44,844 nucleotides of DNA, from the NCBI GenBank assembly GCA_964440395.1, contig CAYTSH010000001.1, positions 1 to 44,844 on the forward strand, in the 5' to 3' direction. The first letter of the stretch is position 1. Each line of letters begins with the position of its first letter. Position numbers and translations under genes: made by a program. Of the stretch, positions 16,336-25,182 are shown piece after piece. This DNA is from an uncultured Microbacteriaceae bacterium. Its GTDB lineage: Bacteria > Actinomycetota > Actinomycetes > Actinomycetales > Microbacteriaceae. The notes beneath the pieces were generated by a model, which was given only the letters and a program-made list of their open reading frames with translations, did no database searches and was not told where the DNA came from.

Positions 16336-16476
16336 GCCCGACCGGTGCAGGCCGCTCCCGACCAATCCGGGCCGCTGCCGACCAATCTCGACCGGTTGTG
16401 CGGGCGGCGACCACCACCGGCCAACCGCCACCGCAGACCGACCACTTTTTCTCTGCAGCCGGCGACGCGCATCCAG

Positions 16477-16482
16477 TAAGCT
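16477..16482 (+). promoter_or_regulatory. Candidate -10 hexamer TAAGCT 6 nt upstream of the symporter ATG (leaderless geometry)
   Basis: The sequence is agTAAGCTaacacaATG. There is no purine-rich SD between the hexamer and the ATG. Confidence 0.35.
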
Positions 16483-16488
16483 AACACA

Positions 16489-17955
16489 ATGCATATCTTC
16501 GGGGAATCTGCACCGTCGTTGACTGATTTGTTGGGCACGGTGGGTGATCAGTTTTGGACGTTCTGTGTGCTCCCGGTTGTGGTTTGTGTTGGGTTGTATT
16601 TCACGGTGCGAACCGGCGTGGTGCAATTCCGACTGTTTCCGCAAATGCTGCGCACGTTGACGGACCGCACCCCCACCGACCAGTTTGGGGTTGCGCAGTC
16701 AATTTCTTCCTTTCAGGCGTTCACCGTTTCGGCGGCTTCGCGGGTGGGTGTGGGCAATATTGCGGGCGTGGGTACCGCGATTGCGATTGGTGGCCCGGGC
16801 GCGGTGTTTTGGATGTGGTTGATGGCGTTCATTGGCGGCGCTTCGAGTTTTGTTGAGTCCACGCTGGGGCAGTTGTATAAGACCCGTGATGAGCATGGTT
16901 TTCGTGGCGGCCCCGCCTACTATATTGAGCGTGGCTTGGGTGCCCGCTGGCTGGGTGTGGTGTTTGCGGTTGTGCTGATTGTGTGTTTTCCGTTGGCGTT
17001 TAGCTCGTTGCAGGCGAATACCATTTCAAACACGCTTGGCACCACGTTTGGTGTTGATTCGTGGGTGTTGACGGTGACGGTGGGCGCGGTGCTTGCGGTG
17101 TTGACGAGTTTGGTGGTGTTTGGCGGTATGCGCCGCATCGCGCATGTTACTCAGGCGGTGGTGCCGCTGATGGCGGTGTTGTATGTGATGCTGGGTTTGG
17201 TGATTGTGGCGATGAATGTTGATCAGAGTCCGCGGGTGTCTGAGCAGAATTTTACGAGCGCGTTTGGGGTGCATTCTGCGGCTGGGGGGCTGATTGGTTC
17301 GGTCATTGTGACGGGGGTGAAGCGCGGCATGTTTTCGAATGAGGCAGGTTTGGGTTCTGCACCGAATGCGGGCGCGAGCGCTGCGGTCACGCATCCGGTG
17401 AAGCAGGGGTTGGTGCAGACGCTCGGCGTGTATTTTGACACGTTTTTGGTGTGTTCGATTACGGCTTTTATTGTGTTGGTGAGTACTCCGAGTTTGGCGA
17501 ACGCCCCGGTTGGTATTCAATTGACTCAGGATGCCGTGGTCGGCCAGCTCGGCAGTTGGTCGTCGTATTTGCTCAGTTTCATTATTTTCTTGTTGGCGTT
17601 TAGTTCGATTTTGGGCAACTATTACTATGGCGAGTCGAATGTGGAGTTTATTTCGGCCAGCCGTCGGGTGTTGTTGGGGTACCGCGTGTTTGCGGTTGCA
17701 GCGGTTTTTGCGGGCTCGGTTGCTGCGGCTGATCTGGTGTGGAACTTGGCGGACGGCATTATGGGTGTGATGGCGCTGATTAACTTGGTGGCGATTTTGT
17801 TGCTTTCCGGTGTGGCTTTTGCGTTGTTGAAGAACTATTCTGCTCAGCGCCGCGCCGGTCTTGACCCTGTGTTCACTCGGGGTCAGTTGCCTAATGTGCG
17901 GGGCGTGGAGTGTTGGGAGAGTGTGTCGGAGGTTACTGGCTCACGGTTGCTGTAG
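16489..17955 (+). CDS. Alanine/glycine:cation symporter (AGCS family)
   Basis: 488 aa and multi-TM. AGCS hallmarks: …QAFTVSAASRVGVGNIAGVGTAIAIGGPGAVFWMWLMAFIGGASSFVESTLGQLYK… and …GMFSNEAGLGSAPNA…. Confidence 0.9.
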   Translation: MHIFGESAPSLTDLLGTVGDQFWTFCVLPVVVCVGLYFTVRTGVVQFRLFPQMLRTLTDRTPTDQFGVAQSISSFQAFTVSAASRVGVGNIAGVGTAIAIGGPGAVFWMWLMAFIGGASSFVESTLGQLYKTRDEHGFRGGPAYYIERGLGARWLGVVFAVVLIVCFPLAFSSLQANTISNTLGTTFGVDSWVLTVTVGAVLAVLTSLVVFGGMRRIAHVTQAVVPLMAVLYVMLGLVIVAMNVDQSPRVSEQNFTSAFGVHSAAGGLIGSVIVTGVKRGMFSNEAGLGSAPNAGASAAVTHPVKQGLVQTLGVYFDTFLVCSITAFIVLVSTPSLANAPVGIQLTQDAVVGQLGSWSSYLLSFIIFLLAFSSILGNYYYGESNVEFISASRRVLLGYRVFAVAAVFAGSVAAADLVWNLADGIMGVMALINLVAILLLSGVAFALLKNYSAQRRAGLDPVFTRGQLPNVRGVECWESVSEVTGSRLL

Positions 17956-18022
17956 TGCAAGGGTTCGTGCTGGTGCGCCTTGTCGCTGTGCCTGTCCTGG
18001 CTGGTCTCGCGAGTTGCCGTTC

Positions 18023-18058
18023 CCCCGGTGCGTTGCGCAATTGCGCCGCGCACCGGGG
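18023..18058. terminator. Strong hairpin between the convergent symporter and surface-protein genes
   Basis: CCCCGGTGCG (18023-18032) pairs perfectly with CGCACCGGGG (18049-18058). The inner palindrome GCGCAATTGCGC extends the stem. A T-rich stretch (ttgtgtttggtt) follows on the + strand. Confidence 0.6.
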
Positions 18059-18073
18059 AGGGGTTGTGTTTGG

Positions 18074-20032
18074 TTAGTTGCGCGAGCGTGTGCGTCGCGT
18101 TCTGATGAGGCCGATGCCGAGGAGTGTGCCTGCCGCTGCTAGCCCGAATGCGATGGCGGCACTTGGTGCGCCGGTTTGCGCTAGCCGAGTCGGGGAGGTG
18201 GCAAGAGCGGTGGGACGCGTCGTGTCGGTTGGCGTCGTGTCGGTTGGTGCGGGTTTGGGCGTTTCGCTTGGATTTTGGGGTTGCAATGGGGTTGTGATGT
18301 TGAGCGGTGCCCAGTCGATCAGTTGGTCTGCTGCGTTGTATGCGGCCAGTCGGTGCTCACCTGCTGTCATCTCGTTTGGGATGGTGACTGTGGTGCTGCC
18401 GTCATTGTCGAGTTGTATCCAGTCTCCGCCGAGTAGGGTGGGGGTGCTGAACAGCCATAACGCTACCCATTCGCGGGCGTGTGTTGCGCCGAGTTGGACA
18501 CTGATGGTGGTGCCGGCTTTGAGCGTTGCGGGGTTGAGTCCTAGTGTTCCGCTGCCTGGCGTGTCGAACGTTTTGGCGGTTTGCTGTTTCGGGGGTGTTT
18601 GTGGTTTGAGCGGATCGGGGGTTGGCTGCGGGGTTACTCGCAGGGTGACCGGTGCTGATTCGCCGAGTACCGCGTGTCCGTGGCCGTAGAGTCTGGCAAT
18701 GACTTGCGTTCCGTCGTCGCTCAGTTCAAGCGTGTCGGTGAATGTGTCGGTGACATTATTGGGCACCACAACAAATGTTTCGGCTCCGTTTGCTTTGGTG
18801 AACCAGTGCCAGTGTGCTTCGTCAGTTTCCGGGGTCGTGCGGGCTTGGAGCGTTACCGTGTCTCCGGCGGTGTAGCTTTCCTTGAGCCCGGTGACGGTGA
18901 CGGTGGGTGGTGTTGGTGTCGGTGTTGGGGTGAGGAGGAATCCTCTGGTGCCTGCTGGTGTGGTGGCGCTGCCCACAATTTGGCCGGCATCGTTGATCGC
19001 GGCTGCACTTTGCAACTGCACCCCTTCGGGGAGTTCGGTGAGCGTGTTGAGGTCGTGCACGCCTTCGTTGTCCCAGAGGAGTGCCACGCCGCCGAAGCCG
19101 CTAAATCCGAGGTATTTTGTTGCGCTGCCGACGATGTCTCCCTGTTCATTTACTGCTTGTGCGGTGGTGTGCGGCAGTCCGCTAAGGGTTGGTTCTGGGA
19201 GGGGTGTGAGTGCCCCTTGTTGCCAGCGGGCTGCGGTGCTGACGCCGGACTGTTGGTATTCACCGACTGCGGTTTTGGCATCGTTGACGTCTTTTGCGAT
19301 TGCGTAGACGTCTTCAGCGATGCTTGGCAGGTATGTGGGTGTGGTTCCTTCCCAGAGGGTGGGCACGGTGATGCTGTGGCTGTGATCGCCATGCTGTTCG
19401 GCGATGGTGGTGCTGCCAGCGATGATGCCGCTGGGAGAGATGTTGTTTGCCCTGCTGTTTGTCGCGGTGATGCCTTCGCCGTGCGGAAGTACGGTGAGGG
19501 TGTTGTCTGCTGCGAGTCGCATCGCCCGAACCGTGGTGCCGTCTGATGCTGTCGCAGCAATGGTGCCGGCGTTGTTGATCGCGTTGGCCACGCCCGTGCC
19601 TGCTGTGTTGAGCGTGCTGATGCGCGTGGCGATTCCAGCCTCCCAGCGCACGGGGACACTGGTTCCGTTCTCATCGAAGCCTTCGCCGACGCTCACGCCC
19701 GCATCGTTGATGCTGAAGCTCCGTGCGAACGTTGATCGGTCGAGTTGGTCGAGCAGGGTGCTGTTCATTCCGGTTTCAGTCCAGTTTGCCCCGAATTGTG
19801 GTTGTGCCGCGGATGTCGGTGCGCTGAGGCCGGTGATTTTTCCCTGTTCACTGATGCCTAGTGCAGCGGAACGTCCTTGTGCTGCGGGTGGGGTGAGGAG
19901 TGTGAGTGTATAGCGTGGTTGCTGGTCGTGGGTGTGTTCTTCTGCGTTTGCAACGTTCGGGAGTGCGACTGCGTGCGCTGAGAGCAGCAAGGCTCCACAG
20001 AGTGCGAGCAATGCTTTTGCTCGATGATTCAT
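18074..20032 (-). CDS. Cell-wall-anchored surface protein: signal peptide, HAF-family extracellular repeats, two Ig-like modules, Pro/Thr stalk, LAXTG sorting signal
   Basis: Signal peptide: MNHRAKALLALCGALLLSAHAVALPNVANA. About six repeats of the INDAGxxVG type (FSINDAGVSVGEG, AINNAGTIAATA, NISPSGIIAGST, VNDAKTAVGEY, VNEQGDIVGSAT, INDAGQIVGSAT). The C-terminus is LAQTG, then a hydrophobic helix, then RTRRTRSRN. Confidence 0.8.
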   Translation of the reverse strand: MNHRAKALLALCGALLLSAHAVALPNVANAEEHTHDQQPRYTLTLLTPPAAQGRSAALGISEQGKITGLSAPTSAAQPQFGANWTETGMNSTLLDQLDRSTFARSFSINDAGVSVGEGFDENGTSVPVRWEAGIATRISTLNTAGTGVANAINNAGTIAATASDGTTVRAMRLAADNTLTVLPHGEGITATNSRANNISPSGIIAGSTTIAEQHGDHSHSITVPTLWEGTTPTYLPSIAEDVYAIAKDVNDAKTAVGEYQQSGVSTAARWQQGALTPLPEPTLSGLPHTTAQAVNEQGDIVGSATKYLGFSGFGGVALLWDNEGVHDLNTLTELPEGVQLQSAAAINDAGQIVGSATTPAGTRGFLLTPTPTPTPPTVTVTGLKESYTAGDTVTLQARTTPETDEAHWHWFTKANGAETFVVVPNNVTDTFTDTLELSDDGTQVIARLYGHGHAVLGESAPVTLRVTPQPTPDPLKPQTPPKQQTAKTFDTPGSGTLGLNPATLKAGTTISVQLGATHAREWVALWLFSTPTLLGGDWIQLDNDGSTTVTIPNEMTAGEHRLAAYNAADQLIDWAPLNITTPLQPQNPSETPKPAPTDTTPTDTTRPTALATSPTRLAQTGAPSAAIAFGLAAAGTLLGIGLIRTRRTRSRN

Positions 20033-20049
20033 GGGCGTCCAATCTGTTA

Positions 20050-20072
20050 TTAATGATAACCATTATCATTAA
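20050..20072. promoter_or_regulatory. Fur-family-type operator: 10-3-10 palindrome TTAATGATAA-CCA-TTATCATTAA (contains the 7-1-7 TGATAAC-C-ATTATCA)
   Basis: The 10-nt arms are a perfect inverted repeat. Only 4 of 23 positions are G/C, in a high-GC genome. It lies 18 nt upstream of the surface-protein ATG, in the region divergent from parA. It matches the classical Fur 7-1-7 motif TGATAATnATTATCA at 13 of 14 arm positions. Confidence 0.6.
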
Positions 20073-20206
20073 GTTTGATGGTACTTCCTGCCGCGACTGA
20101 ACCGCAAATCCCCGCGGTTCGTCGTGAGTCCATGCGTCAGCAAGCCTGCGCAAGCGCAGCCCAGCCAGCCTTCGCGCGATCAAGCGGGCTGCTGCTTCAC
20201 GATAAG

Positions 20207-21085
20207 ATGGGTTGCATGCCAGTTACCGCAAACGAGGCCACCAAGCCAGCCATGGGTCCAACCGGGCGCCCGGTCACCGAATTTGCCACACCATCCCCAC
20301 TCGCGAGTCATGGCCCGGCTCGCATCATTTCGCTGTGCAACCAGAAGGGTGGCGTGGGTAAAACCACCACGACCATCAACCTGGCTGCCTCGCTTGCCAA
20401 GTATGGTCGCAAGGTGCTCGCGGTTGATTTCGACCCGCAGGGTGCGCTTTCTGCGGGGCTCGGGGTGGCCTCGCATGAGGGCCCCACAATTTACGATCTG
20501 CTGCTTGGTTCTGAGAAGGATGCCCATTCGGCAATCCGAACCACCTCGGTGCCGAATTTGCACGTGATTCCGGCAAACATTGACCTTTCCGCGGCGGAGG
20601 TGCACCTGATTAATGAGGTTGCCCGCGAGCAAATCCTCGCCGGGGTGCTGCGCGGTGTGCGGGACGAATACGACGTGATCCTGATTGACTGCCAGCCTTC
20701 CCTGGGGTTGCTCACCGTGAACGCCCTCACCGCAAGCCACGGTGTGGTCATTCCGCTTGCGTGCGAGTTTTTTGCACTGCGCGGCGTGGCGCTGCTGATT
20801 GAAACGATTGAGAAAATCAAGGATCGGCTGAACCCCATCATTTCCATGGACGGCATTATCGCAACCATGTTTGATGCCCGCACCCTGCATTCGCGGGAGG
20901 TGCTTGACCGGGTGGTTGAGGTGTTCGGCGACCAGTGCCTCGAAACGGTAATTGGTCGCACCGTCAAATTTCCGGATGCTTCGGTCGCCGCCCAGCCGAT
21001 TCTTCAGTTTGCCCCGGAGCACCCCGCATCACACGCCTACCTGCAACTCGCGAGGGAACTCGTGCAGCGCGGGGTGGTCGCCTAG
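20207..21085 (+). CDS. ParA/Soj-family ATPase (the paralogue that precedes scpAB in actinobacteria)
   Basis: Deviant Walker A: CNQKGGVGKTTTTINLA. Also …VLAVDFDPQG… and …ILIDCQPSLG… The start was chosen at the ATG at 20207. Alternatives are 20216 and 20252. The ORF-track TTG at 20075 would run through the operator and promoter region. Confidence 0.9.
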   Translation: MGCMPVTANEATKPAMGPTGRPVTEFATPSPLASHGPARIISLCNQKGGVGKTTTTINLAASLAKYGRKVLAVDFDPQGALSAGLGVASHEGPTIYDLLLGSEKDAHSAIRTTSVPNLHVIPANIDLSAAEVHLINEVAREQILAGVLRGVRDEYDVILIDCQPSLGLLTVNALTASHGVVIPLACEFFALRGVALLIETIEKIKDRLNPIISMDGIIATMFDARTLHSREVLDRVVEVFGDQCLETVIGRTVKFPDASVAAQPILQFAPEHPASHAYLQLARELVQRGVVA

Positions 21086-21091
21086 GCTGCC

Positions 21092-21898
21092 GTGCAGGCA
21101 CAGGAGGGCGCCGCCTCATCGTTGCCGTTTCAGGTGCGTCTTCGCAATTTTGAGGGGCCGTTCGATTTGTTGTTGAACCTGATTGGTTCGCACGAGCTTG
21201 ATATTACCGAGGTTGCGCTGAGCGCAGTGACGGACGAATTTTTGGCGTATATTCGCTCGCACACGGCGGACACGCTTGAACACATGTCGGAGTTTGTGGT
21301 GGTGGCCGCCACCCTGCTCGACCTGAAAATTGTGAGCCTCCTGCCGCAGGGTGAGGCGGTGGATGCGGAAGATATTGCGCTGTTGGAGGCGCGGGATTTG
21401 TTGTTTGCGCGGTTGCTGCAGTACCGGGCGTTTAAGGAGGCCGCCAAGTGGTTTGCTGAGCGTTGCGCGGTTGAATCTGCCCGGCATCCCCGAATTGTCA
21501 CCCTGGAGGAGCGTTTTCGCAAACGCGCCCCGGAACTCATTTGGACGCTCAGCGCCAGCCAGTGTGCCACGCTCGCCGCGGAGGCGCTTGCGCCGAGGGT
21601 TGTTCCGACTGTGGGTTTGGCGCATTTGCACGCCCCGCAGGTGAGTATCAGGGAGCAGGCGGCGCTGCTGGTTGCGCGCATTCGGGAGGGTGGCGAGTTT
21701 ACGTTTGGTCAATTGATTCGGGATGCTGGTGAACGTGCCGTGGTTGTGGCGCGCTTTTTGGCGGTGCTTGAGTTGTATCGTCACGCGGCGATTAGCATTT
21801 CGCAACCGGAACCGCTCGGCGACGTGTACATTAGTTGGGTTGCCGTGGACTTCCAGGACGACTCTCTCGCCGCGTTAGGAGCAAGTTATGACCGTTGA
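21092..21898 (+). CDS. scpA: Segregation and condensation protein A
   Basis: 268 aa. The N-terminus FQVRLRNFEGPFDLLLNLIGSHELDITEVALSAVTDEFL is the canonical ScpA signature. It sits in the parA-scpA-scpB position. Confidence 0.9.
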   Translation: MQAQEGAASSLPFQVRLRNFEGPFDLLLNLIGSHELDITEVALSAVTDEFLAYIRSHTADTLEHMSEFVVVAATLLDLKIVSLLPQGEAVDAEDIALLEARDLLFARLLQYRAFKEAAKWFAERCAVESARHPRIVTLEERFRKRAPELIWTLSASQCATLAAEALAPRVVPTVGLAHLHAPQVSIREQAALLVARIREGGEFTFGQLIRDAGERAVVVARFLAVLELYRHAAISISQPEPLGDVYISWVAVDFQDDSLAALGASYDR

Positions 21899-22520
21899 CG
21901 TGCCGTCACCGCAGGCTGCCGGACCGGTTGCGCTCGACCGTGCGGTTGAGGCGATGCTGTTTGTGGCGGAGGAGCCGCAGCCGGCGGTTGCGCTGGCGAC
22001 GGCTCTGGATACGCCGGTTGATGCGGTGCGTAAGGCGATTGCCCGGTTGGTTGCCGACTATAACGGCGAGGCGGCTGCGCCGTGCGCCGCTTGTGGCGTG
22101 GCTGGGCAGGGTGTGCCTCGTGCGTTTGAGTTGCGTGAGGTTGGTGGCGGCTGGCGGTTTTATGTTCGGGAGGCGTACGACCGGGTGGTGAGCGAGTTTG
22201 TGAGTACGACGACGGCTACGCGCCTGTCTCAGGCGGCGCTGGAGACGCTCGCTGTGATTGCCTATAAGCAGCCGATCACCCGTTCGGCTATTGCGGCGAT
22301 TCGCGCGGTGAATGTCGATTCGGTGGTGCGCACCTTGTTGAGTCGCGGTCTGATTGCCGAGGTGGATACTGAGGATGAGTTGAACGCGACGGCGTATGGC
22401 ACGACCCCGCAGTTTCTGGCGCTGCTTGGACTGAACTCGCTGCGGGAATTGCCGCCAATTTCTCCTCTGCTTGATGATGGTACGAAAGGATTTGAAGGTG
22501 ACCCACGAATCAACCCATGA
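21888..22520 (+). CDS. scpB: Segregation and condensation protein B
   Basis: 210 aa. AGGAG lies upstream. Motifs: …EAMLFVAEEP… and …LSQAALETLAVIAYKQPITRSAIAAIRAVNVDSVVRTLLSRGLI… It overlaps scpA by 11 nt. Confidence 0.9.
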   Translation: MTVDVPSPQAAGPVALDRAVEAMLFVAEEPQPAVALATALDTPVDAVRKAIARLVADYNGEAAAPCAACGVAGQGVPRAFELREVGGGWRFYVREAYDRVVSEFVSTTTATRLSQAALETLAVIAYKQPITRSAIAAIRAVNVDSVVRTLLSRGLIAEVDTEDELNATAYGTTPQFLALLGLNSLRELPPISPLLDDGTKGFEGDPRINP

Positions 22521-23400
22521 TGGCCCCGCCCAGTGGCGACCTGCCGGCGATTCGGCGGCGCGGCTGCGCGACGGGGAGGGCACCCGGCTGCAGAAGGCGC
22601 TTGCGGCTGCCGGGGTTGCGTCACGCCGTGCTTCCGAGGATTTGATTCGGGATGGTCGGGTGCGGGTGAACGGCTCGGTGGTCACGGAGCTGGGCAGCCG
22701 CATCTGGCCTGAGAGCGATCATGTGAGCGTGGATGGCAAAGCCGTGCAGCTTGACGTGTCGAAGTGCTATGTGATGCTGAATAAGCCCACCGGGGTGGTG
22801 AGCAGCTTGCACGATGAGCAGGGGCGACGTGATTTGCGTGAGTTTACTGACGGGTTTGCGCAGCGCCTGCACAATGTGGGTCGGTTGGATGCGGACACTT
22901 CCGGGTTGTTGATTCTCACGAACGACGGCGGGCTCACCCACGTGCTTTCGCACCCGTCGTTTGGTGTGAGCAAAACGTACATTGCCACGGTTGCCGGTTC
23001 GATCGCGCCGGCAGATGTTCGGCGGCTCGCCACGGGCATTACGCTTGATGACGGGCCGATTGCGGCAGATTCGATTCGGGTGTTGGATCGTTCGAACACC
23101 CCTGCCGGGCCGGTTTCACTGGTGGAAGTATCGTTGCATTCGGGTCGCAATCGCATTGTGCGGCGCATGTTTGACCACGTGGGTCACCCGGTGCAGCAGC
23201 TGGTTCGCCGCCAGTTCGGCCCGCTCACGCTGGGCACGTTGCGGCTTGGGCAGGTGCGCGAATTGACCGCCGCTGAGGTGAGCGAACTGTTGACCATGGC
23301 TCGAATGTCCGCTCATCGTCGTGCCGCGAAGCGCGCCAAGTCTGAGGAGTCGGCTGTGCGCCCGGGGAGTGCCGGGCGCGGGCGGCGGGGTGCGCGGTGA
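22498..23400 (+). CDS. rluB: Pseudouridine synthase, RluB/RsuA family
   Basis: S4 domain: RLQKALAAAGVASRRASEDLIRDGRVRVNG. Catalytic motif: VGRLDADTSGLLILTNDG. The start is uncertain. The GTG at 22498 is preceded by AAGGA; the ATG at 22471 is the longest option. Confidence 0.88.
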   Translation: MTHESTHDGPAQWRPAGDSAARLRDGEGTRLQKALAAAGVASRRASEDLIRDGRVRVNGSVVTELGSRIWPESDHVSVDGKAVQLDVSKCYVMLNKPTGVVSSLHDEQGRRDLREFTDGFAQRLHNVGRLDADTSGLLILTNDGGLTHVLSHPSFGVSKTYIATVAGSIAPADVRRLATGITLDDGPIAADSIRVLDRSNTPAGPVSLVEVSLHSGRNRIVRRMFDHVGHPVQQLVRRQFGPLTLGTLRLGQVRELTAAEVSELLTMARMSAHRRAAKRAKSEESAVRPGSAGRGRRGAR

Positions 23401-24503
23401 CTGACGGGTTTTGGGCGCGGCAGGTCGTGCACATTGTTGGGTGCGGCCTGATTGGCACGAGTTTGGGGTTGGCGCTGAGTCAGCGCGGCGTGCGGGTGAC
23501 GCTTGAAGATCGCGACCCGGCGACGGTGAGTCTCGCGGTGACGTGCGGTGCCGGGGTGATCCGCACCGAGCACAGTCCGGTGCCGACGCTGGTTGTGGTG
23601 TGCGTGCCGCCGGATCATACGGCTGCGGTGGTTGCGGCTCAATTGCAGCGCTGGCGGGATGCCGTGGTCACCGATGTTGCGAGCGTCAAGTTGCGTCCGT
23701 TGCGCGAGTTGCAGCTGCTTGGTGTGCCGCTCGCCCACTATGTGGGGTCGCACCCCATGGCTGGGCGGGAGCGGGGCGGGACCATTTCGGCGAGGAGTGA
23801 TTTGTTTTTGGGTCGCACCTGGGTGGTTTGTCCGCAGGAACAGGGGACTCCTGAGGCGAGTGAGCTGGTGGTGGCGTTGGCGAACCTGCTTGGGTGCGGC
23901 ATCCACCAGTTGAGCGCGGCGGAGCATGACGAGGCGGTTGCGTACAATTCGCACACCCCCCAACTGGTGGCGAGCCTGTTGGCGGCTCAGTTGCGGCATG
24001 CTCCGGATGCCGCTATTGCGTTGGCCGGTCCCGGGCTGCGGGATACGACCAGAATTGCGGCGAGCGACCCGGAGCTGTGGGGGCAGATTTTGGCGCACAA
24101 CGCCAGCCAGGTGCGTGCCGTGTTGGCGGGTTTGAGTGCGGACTTGCAGCGGGTGTTGGCCGCGCTGGATGCGCAGGCTGCCGAGGAGGATGCGCCGGGC
24201 GTGCGTGCGCAGGGGTTGAGTGCGGCGATTGCGGCGGGGAACGCCGGCGTGTCGCGGCTGCCCGGCAAGCACGGACTTGTCCGCCGGTATGACACCATCA
24301 CGGTGTTGGTTGATGATAAGCCCGGAACACTCGGTAAACTCTTTACAGAACTCGGTGAGCTTGGCATTAACACTGAAGACGTGCGGCTGGAGCATTCACC
24401 CGGCGCACAGGTTGGTTTTGCAGAATTGTCGGTGTTGCCCGATGCAACGGGCAAAGCGATTGACGACCTGCAAACTCGCGGATGGAAAGTAGTGGAACTA
24501 TGA
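23397..24503 (+). CDS. tyrA: Prephenate dehydrogenase with a C-terminal ACT-like domain
   Basis: Rossmann motif: VHIVGCGLIGTSLGLAL. Also …GSHPMAGRE… The C-terminus …ITVLVDDKPGTLGKLFTELGELGINTEDVRL… is ACT-like. GTGA overlap with the rluB stop. Confidence 0.85.
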   Translation: MTDGFWARQVVHIVGCGLIGTSLGLALSQRGVRVTLEDRDPATVSLAVTCGAGVIRTEHSPVPTLVVVCVPPDHTAAVVAAQLQRWRDAVVTDVASVKLRPLRELQLLGVPLAHYVGSHPMAGRERGGTISARSDLFLGRTWVVCPQEQGTPEASELVVALANLLGCGIHQLSAAEHDEAVAYNSHTPQLVASLLAAQLRHAPDAAIALAGPGLRDTTRIAASDPELWGQILAHNASQVRAVLAGLSADLQRVLAALDAQAAEEDAPGVRAQGLSAAIAAGNAGVSRLPGKHGLVRRYDTITVLVDDKPGTLGKLFTELGELGINTEDVRLEHSPGAQVGFAELSVLPDATGKAIDDLQTRGWKVVEL

Positions 24504-25180
24504 CCGGCATGATTGTTGCCGTGGACGGCCCGGCGGGCAGTGGGAAGTCGAGCGTGAGCCGCGCGGTTGCTGAGCGCCTGGGGTTTGGCTACCTGGATAC
24601 TGGTGCCGCGTATCGCGCGTTTGCCTGGTGGGTGTCGTCGTCTGAGTTGGCGCCGTTGGCGGCGCTTGCGGGGTTTGAGTATCGTGTCCGGTTGGATCCG
24701 AATGACCAGCAGGTGACGGTGGGGCAGGTTGATGTGACCGCCCAGATTCGCGATCAGCGGGTGAGCGCCACGGTGAGCTCGGTGGCGAAGCTGCCTGAGG
24801 TGCGTGCCCAGTTGACGGCTCTCTTTCGGGATGCCGTTGGTGCGGCGATTGCTGCGGGTGCGGCCGGTGCCGTCCCCCAGTTTCGGGGCGTGCTGGTTGA
24901 GGGTCGGGATATCACCACCGTGGTGTTTCCGGGGGCGCCGGTTCGGTTGCTGTTGACCGCTTCGGCGGAGGTGCGCGCGGCGCGGCGCGGACTGGAGTTG
25001 CAGGTGGAGCCTGCCCAGACGGCGCAGCAGTTGCGTGAACGTGATTCGGCCGACTTGGCCGTGGTGGATTTTATGAATGCCGCACCGGGTGTGCGGGTGA
25101 TTGATTCTACTGATCTCAATTTTGAACAAACCGTGGATGCCGTGATCACCGTGATCCGTGCCGCTGCGGTAGAGGAGTAA
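24500..25180 (+). CDS. cmk: Cytidylate kinase
   Basis: [41 protein letters not shown] overlap with the tyrA stop. The ORF-track ATG at 24482 is an in-frame alternative. Confidence 0.93.
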   Translation: MTGMIVAVDGPAGSGKSSVSRAVAERLGFGYLDTGAAYRAFAWWVSSSELAPLAALAGFEYRVRLDPNDQQVTVGQVDVTAQIRDQRVSATVSSVAKLPEVRAQLTALFRDAVGAAIAAGAAGAVPQFRGVLVEGRDITTVVFPGAPVRLLLTASAEVRAARRGLELQVEPAQTAQQLRERDSADLAVVDFMNAAPGVRVIDSTDLNFEQTVDAVITVIRAAAVEE

Positions 25181-25182
25181 CC

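Noticed and set aside
20075-20206. A longer ParA N-terminus starting at the TTG at 20075.
   Set aside because: It would start 3 nt after the AT-rich operator and encode non-conserved Ala/Arg/Gln-rich sequence. Conserved ParA sequence begins around GPTGRP.
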